NCBI GenBank assembly: GCA_036267155.1
Contig: DATAWP010000082.1
Span: 35,686 to 99,685, forward strand
Source: Tepidisphaeraceae bacterium
Lineage (GTDB): Bacteria > Planctomycetota > Phycisphaerae > Tepidisphaerales > Tepidisphaeraceae
Direction of reading: 5' to 3'
Length of the DNA: 64,000 nt
A program made the translations under genes and the position numbers. Below are positions 51,569 through 58,688 of this stretch, one piece after another; the first letter of the stretch is position 1, and the number at the start of each line of letters is the position of its first letter. The notes beneath the pieces were generated by a model. It had not been told where the DNA came from and searched no databases. It was given only the letters and a program-made list of their open reading frames with translations.

Positions 51569-51780
51569 CCCGTCACTTCCACCGACCCGCGCCGCGTAAC
51601 CCAGATTATTCATCGCTCGCTTCGCTATAGGCGCAGAGAAGCTCATTGAGATTGGGTGGTAATTCACCGTCGTTCGCTGAACATTCAGTTTGGCAGAATG
51701 TGCGGCGCGATGTCCGGTGAAATTCTGTCTTGTCCGCAGCTCTAGCGCACTTGCGGGCGGTGAATCTTGAATTTTCCAGG

Positions 51781-54700
51781 CTATGCTGCGTCTTTGTCGT
51801 CGTCGTCATCCGCGGGGACTTCGGCTGCGACGGCCGAGTCCGCCGCGGCTTGGGCGAGGTCCGGCGGGAAGTCGCTTGGCTTGACGCCGCTGGCTTGGCA
51901 TTTTGCGGTCAGCTTCTCTTTCACCTCCGCCAGCCATTTTGCGTTTGGCAATGCGTAGGGGCGGAACTTTTCCATCGAGCCTTGCTCTTCGCTGTAGGCC
52001 AGAGCGCGGTTGGCGCCGAGTTTGTTCGCGGCGGGGGAATCGATCAGGTTGCTGCTGTCGGTGGCGCTCATCTGAAACAGGATGCGGTTGTCCAATTCGC
52101 GCATCGAGCCGCGATCGACTGAACGTTCCAGGGCCGTGGCTGTGTCGATCCAGGCCATGAGGTGAATTCCGTTGGCCGGGCCTTCACGCATCAGGTCGGC
52201 AAATTCCTTGCCGGGATCAGCCGGCTTTTCTTCGCCTCCCGCGGAGAAGCCGAAGGCGTCATCCGATTTCCGCAACGTGCGATAGCGCTGAAGGCCGAAG
52301 ATGAATACGAAAATCGACGGGGGATTGGATGCGTCGCTCGATTGGCGGCGCTCCAGTTCCTTGGCGAGTTCGTGAATGGCCTGCGGCACGGCGCGATAAT
52401 CGACCACTTTGGTCCGATGCGGCAGCACGGCCGCCACGCTTGGGAGAAAGCCGTGGGTGGCGGCATCTACGGGAGTGCCGTCGAGCAGATAAAAGCTCGC
52501 CGAAGCAGGTGAAAGCTGGGCGGCCAGGCCGACCATCGCCAGGGCGGTGATGGCCATCGAGCTTTCTTCGTTCTGGCCAATGATCAGGACGTTGGCGCCG
52601 CTTTGGCGGCGGAATGGGATGGAGGTCGGCGCCTTGATCGCCACGGGATCGCCGAGCCACACGGTCGGCGCGGCGGTGGATGCCACGTATTTCTCCGGCG
52701 ACAAATGGCGAAGCAACGCCGGATTCTGGCGAAAATCGGCTGGCTCGTTTCCTTCAAACACGATCGGCGGTTCAAGATTTTCGTGTTCCTGCGCGGCCTT
52801 GGCGCTGACGGCTTCCAGATATCGGTCGCGTTTTTCATCGGGCAGCCATGCAACCTGGAACGGGCTGTTGCCCTCGACCAATCCGCCGGCGTCGTTGTAG
52901 ATCGCCTCGCCGGGGCGCGAGAGCAATCGGGCGGCGGAGTTGCCGTCGCCGAGGATCATCTGCGAATCGGCGTCGCTGGTTTGCAGGGCGATTCGCACGC
53001 CGATCTGGCCGATGGTGCTGCGCGACAGGCCGGAAGATCCACCGATGGTCTGTGATCCCAGCAGCAGATGTACGCCGAACGCTCGGCCCTGACGAACGAT
53101 GCGGTCGAGCAGCAGGCCGGCATCCTGGGCCAATTTATCGTCTTCGGTGAAGAACTCCTGGAATTCGTCGATGATCAACAGGGTTCGCGGCATCTTCTTG
53201 CCGGAGGCCTCGCGATACATTTGAAGGTTCTGGGATTTGAACGGCCGGAACAAATCGGCGCGGCGACCCATTTCGGCGTCGATGCGCTGCAGCACGCTGA
53301 GACCAAATTCGCGGTCGCTTTCCACCGCGATCGCCCGAGCGTGCGGCAACTGGTGCATGGCGTAGGTCTTGAACTCGACGCCTTTTTTGAAGTCGATCAG
53401 ATACAGCTCGACTTCTTCGGGCGAATACCACATCGCCAGATTGCTGATCAACGCGTGCAGCAGCGTCGATTTACCGGAGCCGGTCTTTCCGGCCACCAGC
53501 GCGTGCTGGGCCACGCCCTTGCCGAGGCGGAAGGTCTGCACCCGCGTGGCGCCGGACCGTCCGACGGCCACCGCGACGTCGCCATCGCTCTTGAGCGTCC
53601 AGAACTGCGCCGGCTTGGGCGCGATCACGTCGAACGACACCTCGACCCGCTTGGCCTCTCGCGCTCCCTTGCCGACGAGGTGGAGAATCTTGCTCAATTC
53701 CTCATCGCTCGGAGGCGCGTCCAGCGACAGCGGGAAGCGATTGAAGACCGGGTCGCGCCAGACGAATCGGTCTCCCTGGCGCTCGAGGTTGACGCTGTGG
53801 GCTTCGAGGTCGTCGAGATGGATCGAGCCGCTGGCGGTGCTGACGCGTGTGTCCCGCGTGACCAGGGTGTAGACCCCGCAGCGCGCCCCCGTGCTAGCGA
53901 TGCTGCTCAGCCGCCGCAGGGCGTCGTCGCTGAAATTCACGGGGAAATCGGCAATCACCAGATATCGATACGGCTCGGCCAACTCGCCGGCCTGGGCGTT
54001 GTAATCGTCGATTGTCGCGTATTCGTTTCGCAGGTATTTCTGAATGACCGTTTCCATGTGCTCGGTCAGGTTCGCGAGTTTTTCATCGATCTGATCGGAA
54101 TCGGTCCAGATGCGGCCGCCCACGAGGGCCTCGTCATAGTCGGCCAGGTGCATGAACCCCGCGAAGTTCTGCCCGAGGCCGACGGGATCGATCAGCGTGA
54201 AACGAACCCGGCCCGGCGGCAGAGCCGTGAGCAGGCGGGTCATTATCATCTGCATGCCGCGAATTGAATCCACGCGACCGGGCCGATCGGTGTGAATCAG
54301 GATCGACGCCTGCTTCGGGTACGCAAACAGCGCCGGAACGCTGAACGTATCCGGCAACGGCAGCGTGAAGGGCGCACCCTTGGCCACGTCCGCGATCATC
54401 GACTTCAGATCCACCTGAAGTTCGCCAAAGCGAATGGTGGCCGGGAATTTGGTCGGACCCTTCCAATGGTCCCAGATCGGATCGCTCCAGGCGGGATAAG
54501 ATCCCCCCTCCTCCTGCATTGGCTCCTGAATGTTCTTCAGGCCTTCGCTCCACTTTTTTTCCAGTTCGGCGCGTTCCGCGGCATGCTGCTGCTGAATTTG
54601 CGCCTCCTGCGCCGTGGCGCGATCGCCAAGCTTGACGGTTTCAGAATCGAATAATTTCTTGACCTCTTCCAGCTTTCGGACGCGCCATTGCTCCAGTTCT

Positions 54701-55914
54701 GTCAGGGATTTCTTTTTCAGTGCCTCTTGCTGCGCCGTCTTGGCCTGGAAATCCACCTGCGCCGCCGCGACGGCGGCATCTCGCTTTTTCGTCGCCTTTT
54801 CCACCATCGGCGTCGCCCGGTCGCGCGCCGCCTGCACTTCGGTTTTTTGGACCTTCTTTGCAGTGGTGAGATCGGTATCGTGCTTCAGGGAAGCCTGGCT
54901 GATCATATTGTCGTTGGCGATGCGGGCCGCATCCAACGCTCGCCGCAGCGGCGTAAAAACGGCCACCACCTGCTTTCGCGCCAGCGAGCGCATGACCAGG
55001 AAAAATACGATCAGCGCGACGACCATCCCGCCGGCCCAGATGCCAATCTGCGGCCACTGCGGATTGAGCGTGCCGGCGATCACCTGCGGGATCGCCGCCG
55101 CGATCACCACGGCCAACAGCCCGATCAAAAACGGGGTGGCGCCGATGAAAAGCTTGGGAATCGAAAGGTCCGCCAGCGCTCGAATCTGCCGCTCGATCAC
55201 TTCCTTGTGCTGGTTGAACGATTCAACCGGATTGAGTGACGCCTCGGCATCCTTGACCGCCGCTAGCGCTTCGCCCGGCGGCGGCCGCTGGTTGTACCGG
55301 GCCATCAGCGACGCCTGCTCCCCTTCCTTCATGTCCACGAATTCCGTTTGCGTGGCGTTCAGCTCCGTCGCATTCTTCAACTCCTGCGAGGCCTTCTGCT
55401 CTTGGGACTCCAGAACGCTTTCCGCAAGCCAGGTCGCCTGGTCATAATCCTTCTTGGCCTGTTGCTGCGCCTGGTCGTATTCCGCGCGAGCCCGATGGCG
55501 CAGGTTCTGATCGGTGGCCTTCAACGACGCGAGCGCGTGCTGATGATGAGAGCTGATCTGCGCCTGTTTTTCCTGGACTTTTGCGGCAACCTGATCTTGA
55601 AGACTCTTGTGCTTGCGCTCGGCGTCACTAAGTTTTCGATGTCCGGTTCCCTGCGCTTCGGAGGAGGAGCTTTGGAATTTCTGCTCGATCTCGGCCTCGT
55701 GCTGGGCGCACTGGGTCGTCAACTCGAGCAGGTCCTGCAGCGCTCCCCTCTGCAAGTCGCGGTGTGTCTTGGGTTCGTTGGAGGCCTCTTCGCCGTCGTC
55801 GCCTTCTCCATCCGAGGAATCTCCGGTGGGGGGCGGTTCCTCCGGCGGCTCAGAGGGAGGACTGGAATCAGAAAGAAAACTGAGCGGATCTTTTTCGTCA
55901 AAAAGCGGGTCCAT
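51781..55914 (-). CDS. FtsK/SpoIIIE-family membrane ATPase, EssC/EccC-like (type VII secretion-like)
   Basis: 1377 aa from ATG 55914 (MDPLFDEK), with GAGG about 10 nt upstream. It has an acidic/coiled-coil N-terminus of about 260 aa and two TM helices (LFIGATPFLIGLLAVVIAAAI, IGIWAGGMVVALIVFFLVM). Three FtsK-like modules follow. Only the middle one has an intact Walker A, GKTGSGKST (53464-53490), and Walker B, LLIIDEF (53171-53191). The first module reads HTDRPGRVDS and the third GQNEESSM at the P-loop position. Confidence 0.85.
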   Translation of the reverse strand: MDPLFDEKDPLSFLSDSSPPSEPPEEPPPTGDSSDGEGDDGEEASNEPKTHRDLQRGALQDLLELTTQCAQHEAEIEQKFQSSSSEAQGTGHRKLSDAERKHKSLQDQVAAKVQEKQAQISSHHQHALASLKATDQNLRHRARAEYDQAQQQAKKDYDQATWLAESVLESQEQKASQELKNATELNATQTEFVDMKEGEQASLMARYNQRPPPGEALAAVKDAEASLNPVESFNQHKEVIERQIRALADLSIPKLFIGATPFLIGLLAVVIAAAIPQVIAGTLNPQWPQIGIWAGGMVVALIVFFLVMRSLARKQVVAVFTPLRRALDAARIANDNMISQASLKHDTDLTTAKKVQKTEVQAARDRATPMVEKATKKRDAAVAAAQVDFQAKTAQQEALKKKSLTELEQWRVRKLEEVKKLFDSETVKLGDRATAQEAQIQQQHAAERAELEKKWSEGLKNIQEPMQEEGGSYPAWSDPIWDHWKGPTKFPATIRFGELQVDLKSMIADVAKGAPFTLPLPDTFSVPALFAYPKQASILIHTDRPGRVDSIRGMQMIMTRLLTALPPGRVRFTLIDPVGLGQNFAGFMHLADYDEALVGGRIWTDSDQIDEKLANLTEHMETVIQKYLRNEYATIDDYNAQAGELAEPYRYLVIADFPVNFSDDALRRLSSIASTGARCGVYTLVTRDTRVSTASGSIHLDDLEAHSVNLERQGDRFVWRDPVFNRFPLSLDAPPSDEELSKILHLVGKGAREAKRVEVSFDVIAPKPAQFWTLKSDGDVAVAVGRSGATRVQTFRLGKGVAQHALVAGKTGSGKSTLLHALISNLAMWYSPEEVELYLIDFKKGVEFKTYAMHQLPHARAIAVESDREFGLSVLQRIDAEMGRRADLFRPFKSQNLQMYREASGKKMPRTLLIIDEFQEFFTEDDKLAQDAGLLLDRIVRQGRAFGVHLLLGSQTIGGSSGLSRSTIGQIGVRIALQTSDADSQMILGDGNSAARLLSRPGEAIYNDAGGLVEGNSPFQVAWLPDEKRDRYLEAVSAKAAQEHENLEPPIVFEGNEPADFRQNPALLRHLSPEKYVASTAAPTVWLGDPVAIKAPTSIPFRRQSGANVLIIGQNEESSMAITALAMVGLAAQLSPASASFYLLDGTPVDAATHGFLPSVAAVLPHRTKVVDYRAVPQAIHELAKELERRQSSDASNPPSIFVFIFGLQRYRTLRKSDDAFGFSAGGEEKPADPGKEFADLMREGPANGIHLMAWIDTATALERSVDRGSMRELDNRILFQMSATDSSNLIDSPAANKLGANRALAYSEEQGSMEKFRPYALPNAKWLAEVKEKLTAKCQASGVKPSDFPPDLAQAAADSAVAAEVPADDDDDKDAA

Positions 55915-55949
55915 CAACTGTGACCTCAAACGGAAGAACGAAATTGGCT

Positions 55950-55987
55950 ATTGCCTATTTTCAAATTGGAAATTAGCAATAGGCAAT
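55950..55987. other. AT-rich hairpin between WXG-like gene and ATPase gene
   Basis: ATTGCCTATT (55950-55959) pairs with AATAGGCAAT (55978-55987) across an 18-nt loop. The direct repeat AAATTGG occurs at 55941 and 55963. The local GC is far below that of the surroundings. Confidence 0.5.
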
Positions 55988-55996
55988 TCTTCTCGG

Positions 55997-56212
55997 TTAC
56001 CCTTCGCAGTCCTGCTTAATCTTCGCGAGAATCTGAGCCATGTGATCCATCGCCCCCACGGCCGTTTTCGCATCCTGTTCCAGCGGGGTCAGGTATTTGC
56101 TCTCGAACCCGCGGGCAGTGGCGTCGCTCCACTGCGATTTGGTCTCGTTCCAACGCATCATGAGTTCCTTTACGGATTTATTCACCTGAGCGCGGCCTTC
56201 GTGCATTCCCAT
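55997..56212 (-). CDS. WXG100-like small helical protein (W-S-D variant)
   Basis: 71 aa: ...VKELMMRWNETKSQWSDATARGFESKYLTPLEQDAKTAVGAMDHMAQILAKIKQD. It has a helix-turn-helix hairpin size and a central W-x-D...F motif shared with the 90-aa protein. Confidence 0.6.
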   Translation of the reverse strand: MGMHEGRAQVNKSVKELMMRWNETKSQWSDATARGFESKYLTPLEQDAKTAVGAMDHMAQILAKIKQDCEG

Positions 56213-56241
56213 TGGATTCTCCGCATTTTTTCAGTTCGGTT

Positions 56242-57312
56242 TCAAACCGCTGCGCTGCCATCCGGCTGGGCCGGATGGAGAATATTTTCGTTCTTCGCGT
56301 TGAAGACGGCCGACAGGCCGTGCGAGTCAACAATCGCCAGATATCCCACGGGCAATTTCAGCAAAGCAGCCAGATCGGGACGTCCAGCCCGCAGATCGCC
56401 TGCCGTTACGGTATTGTACACTCCCGAGTGCGGCCCTTCGACCTGGCCGAGGCACCAAACCCCGCCGGCAGTATCGAGCCGGAGCAAATAGACACTCGTC
56501 GAACCCGTCACGGCCTCCGAGATCACGATCTTCTGCTCATCCCCCGGAGGCGCGGCATTGGCGATGGCGGCGATGCCCGCCGCCTGCTGATCCCTTACCA
56601 CCCCGCATGCCGAACTCACAGGCCCGGGTTCCGCGGATCTGGAGGCGAATATGGCCTGTATAGCCTCTGGCGAAGGCGCGCTCGCCCGCAGCGCCGCTGG
56701 TTCGACGCCTTCGGCCTCCGGCGCGGCGGGGGCTTCTTCGGCAGCCCGCTTCATCGATGCGCTGGCTTCCTCCCCCGCAATTCCACCGGCAGCCCCGGAC
56801 TCGGTAGTGCCTGGGCCCGCCTGGGCCGCCGCGATTCCCAGATATTCGTCTATGTGATCCAGCGTGGTTCCCAGTTGCGCGACCGCCGCCGGCACGCCCG
56901 ACGCCACCTGAATATTAAACCGCGACACTCCGCCCCGATACAGCACGACTTCCTTTTGCAATTGCCGATTCCATCGCTTCACATTCGCCAACTTCTCCTG
57001 CGCATCGGCCAACTTCTTTTTCGCGACCTGCACGGCCTTTTGCTCTTCCACCGCCGAGGGCATCGAGCCGCTGGCATCCTTGTACAAACGCTTGAATCGG
57101 AATGCCTCTTCCGCCTTGAGCAGCTCTTCCTGCCGTTTTCGGATCGTCGAGGTCCAATGATTCATGGCCTCCCCCTCCAGCCATCGGCTGATCCGATTGA
57201 CATCCGAATCGGCGTCCCCCAGCGCGAGCGTTGCCTTCTCCTGAAACTTCGTCAGGTAAATCCGGAATTCCTTAATCGCGTCGGTGGATTCAACCCGTGC
57301 GGAATCGGACAT
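56242..57312 (-). CDS. hypothetical protein: N-terminal helical/coiled-coil domain, Ala/Glu-rich linker, C-terminal beta-rich domain
   Basis: 356 aa, encoded between the two WXG-like genes. No family recognised by eye. Confidence 0.6.
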   Translation of the reverse strand: MSDSARVESTDAIKEFRIYLTKFQEKATLALGDADSDVNRISRWLEGEAMNHWTSTIRKRQEELLKAEEAFRFKRLYKDASGSMPSAVEEQKAVQVAKKKLADAQEKLANVKRWNRQLQKEVVLYRGGVSRFNIQVASGVPAAVAQLGTTLDHIDEYLGIAAAQAGPGTTESGAAGGIAGEEASASMKRAAEEAPAAPEAEGVEPAALRASAPSPEAIQAIFASRSAEPGPVSSACGVVRDQQAAGIAAIANAAPPGDEQKIVISEAVTGSTSVYLLRLDTAGGVWCLGQVEGPHSGVYNTVTAGDLRAGRPDLAALLKLPVGYLAIVDSHGLSAVFNAKNENILHPAQPDGSAAV

Positions 57313-57342
57313 GAACGGCTCCCATCTAACACATCACTCGGC

Positions 57343-57615
57343 TCATCGCTGCTTCAGATAATCCTCGATGGCCGTCGCCTTCTTCGCCAGGAACTTCACG
57401 TGTTCCTGCGAGTTTTCCAAAAACGTTCCGATCGCCTTGACCGTCTGATCGAACGCTTCGGTGAATTTCCGTTGCTCCTGGTCGCGCCAGGTCGCTTCAA
57501 GGCCGTGAAGCTTGGCATTCAACCCGGCCACCAGACCGTGCAACTCGTTGTTAAATCGATTCAAATCCTGGGCAAAACGCCGCAACTCGCCGGGATCGAC
57601 ATTAGCTTTGGCCAT
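57343..57615 (-). CDS. WXG100-family protein (ESAT-6-like; W-R-D variant)
   Basis: 90 aa: MAKANVDPGELRRFAQDLNRFNNELHGLVAGLNAKLHGLEATWRDQEQRKFTEAFDQTVKAIGTFLENSQEHVKFLAKKATAIEDYLKQ. It has the typical length, a two-helix layout, and a central Trp turn. Confidence 0.7.
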   Translation of the reverse strand: MAKANVDPGELRRFAQDLNRFNNELHGLVAGLNAKLHGLEATWRDQEQRKFTEAFDQTVKAIGTFLENSQEHVKFLAKKATAIEDYLKQR

Positions 57616-57679
57616 ACTCGGTTCTCCAAAATCGCGATCCTCTTAATCATACGCGCCAAGCGGCTAAAGTCACCCGGTG

Positions 57680-57750
57680 GGGAAGTGGTTAGTGATGAGT
57701 GGTTGGTGTTTTTCTGAAATTCACTAACCACCAACCACTAACCACTTCCC
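57680..57750. other. long imperfect hairpin spanning the rlmB-like stop codon, upstream of the WXG operon
   Basis: GGGAAGTGGTTAGTG (57680-57694) pairs perfectly with CACTAACCACTTCCC (57736-57750). An inner GTTGGTG (57702-57708) pairs with CACCAAC (57729-57735). There is no U-tract on the minus-strand transcript. Confidence 0.5.
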
Positions 57751-58505
57751 AACCCCCTCTGCCGATTCGCCTCCGCCAGAACCACCGCCGCGGCGTGGGA
57801 CAGGGATAACGATGCCGTTCCCGGTTTCGTGGGAATCGAGACGATCCCGTTGCACAACCGCCGCACCGCGCCGGATAACCCGCGCTTCTCTCCGCCGATC
57901 GCCAGGATCACGCCCTTCGCCAAATCCACGTCGCAAATAGTCCGCCTTGCCCCCGCGACACAACCCAACAGACGTATCCCACGCGATTGCAAATCTTCGA
58001 TTATTTCCGTGCCCTCCACCTGCACCAGCGGCAGCCGTTCGAACGCCCCGGATGCCGGCCTGGCCACCTCGATCGGATCAAAATCCCACAGATGTTTTTT
58101 GATCAGCACGGCCACGGCCCCGAACGCTTCGGCGCTCCGCAGCGTGAACCCCAGATTCCTGGCATCCTCCACGCCCTCGATCAGCAACAGCAGGGGCGAA
58201 GTCTGCTTCTCCAGAATCTCCAATAAATCCGCTCCGGTGGTCCGGGGCTTGGCAGTGCACAAGGCCAGCACGCCGCCGTGGGTGGTCCCATGAGCCATGG
58301 AATCCAATTCGCGCCCGGCCACTTTTTTCACCGGCACCCCCGCAGCCAGCGCGGCTTCAAGCACATCCCGGATCTTCTCCGCGTGAGCGCCCTGATTCAC
58401 GAGGATGACTTCAAACCTTCTCTGCCTCGCCGCCAGCGCGGCTAAAACGGATTGCCGTCCTTCTAAATGCTCCATGACTTTCACTTCTCCGCCCCACTGG
58501 TCCAT
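57738..58505 (-). CDS. TrmH/SpoU-family RNA 2'-O-methyltransferase (RlmB-like)
   Basis: A Met at 58505 or 58475 is the likely start (…MEHLEGRQSVLAALAARQ...). SPOUT motifs are present: LLLIEGVEDARNLGFTLRSAEAFG, ILAIGGEKRGLS and SLSLSHAAAVVL. Confidence 0.8.
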   Translation of the reverse strand: MDQWGGEVKVMEHLEGRQSVLAALAARQRRFEVILVNQGAHAEKIRDVLEAALAAGVPVKKVAGRELDSMAHGTTHGGVLALCTAKPRTTGADLLEILEKQTSPLLLLIEGVEDARNLGFTLRSAEAFGAVAVLIKKHLWDFDPIEVARPASGAFERLPLVQVEGTEIIEDLQSRGIRLLGCVAGARRTICDVDLAKGVILAIGGEKRGLSGAVRRLCNGIVSIPTKPGTASLSLSHAAAVVLAEANRQRGLGSG

Positions 58506-58688
58506 AGCATATTCGCAGTACCGCAAATGAGCGACATGAATTATGTCCAGCGAGTCTGTGCGGAAAATCCTGACGAAACGGCACAATAAATGCAAAGAGT
58601 CTTGGCGACAGGTAGAAATCGGATGCACGCAGATCAATCAAATTCGGATTGTTTTACACCGGTGTGCTCCGATTTTTATTTGTGGCAA

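Noticed and set aside
51606-51809. 67-aa ORF downstream of and overlapping the ATPase gene's 3' end
   Set aside because: It is short, overlaps the ATPase stop by 29 nt, shows no motif, and has no visible RBS. I kept it only as a remote possibility.
53068-54267. 399-aa plus-strand ORF inside the FtsK/SpoIIIE gene (similar cases: 44974..45987 in ilvD, 3483..4541 in pheS, 61583..62989, 46365..47363, 39891..40883)
   Set aside because: All are antisense to genes with strong family motifs and have shadow-ORF amino-acid bias.
56212-57717. 501-aa plus-strand ORF across the WXG-like genes and the 356-aa gene
   Set aside because: It is Arg/Leu/Pro/Gly-rich nonsense composition. The minus-strand ORFs give coherent helical proteins with RBS-like sequences and tight operon spacing.
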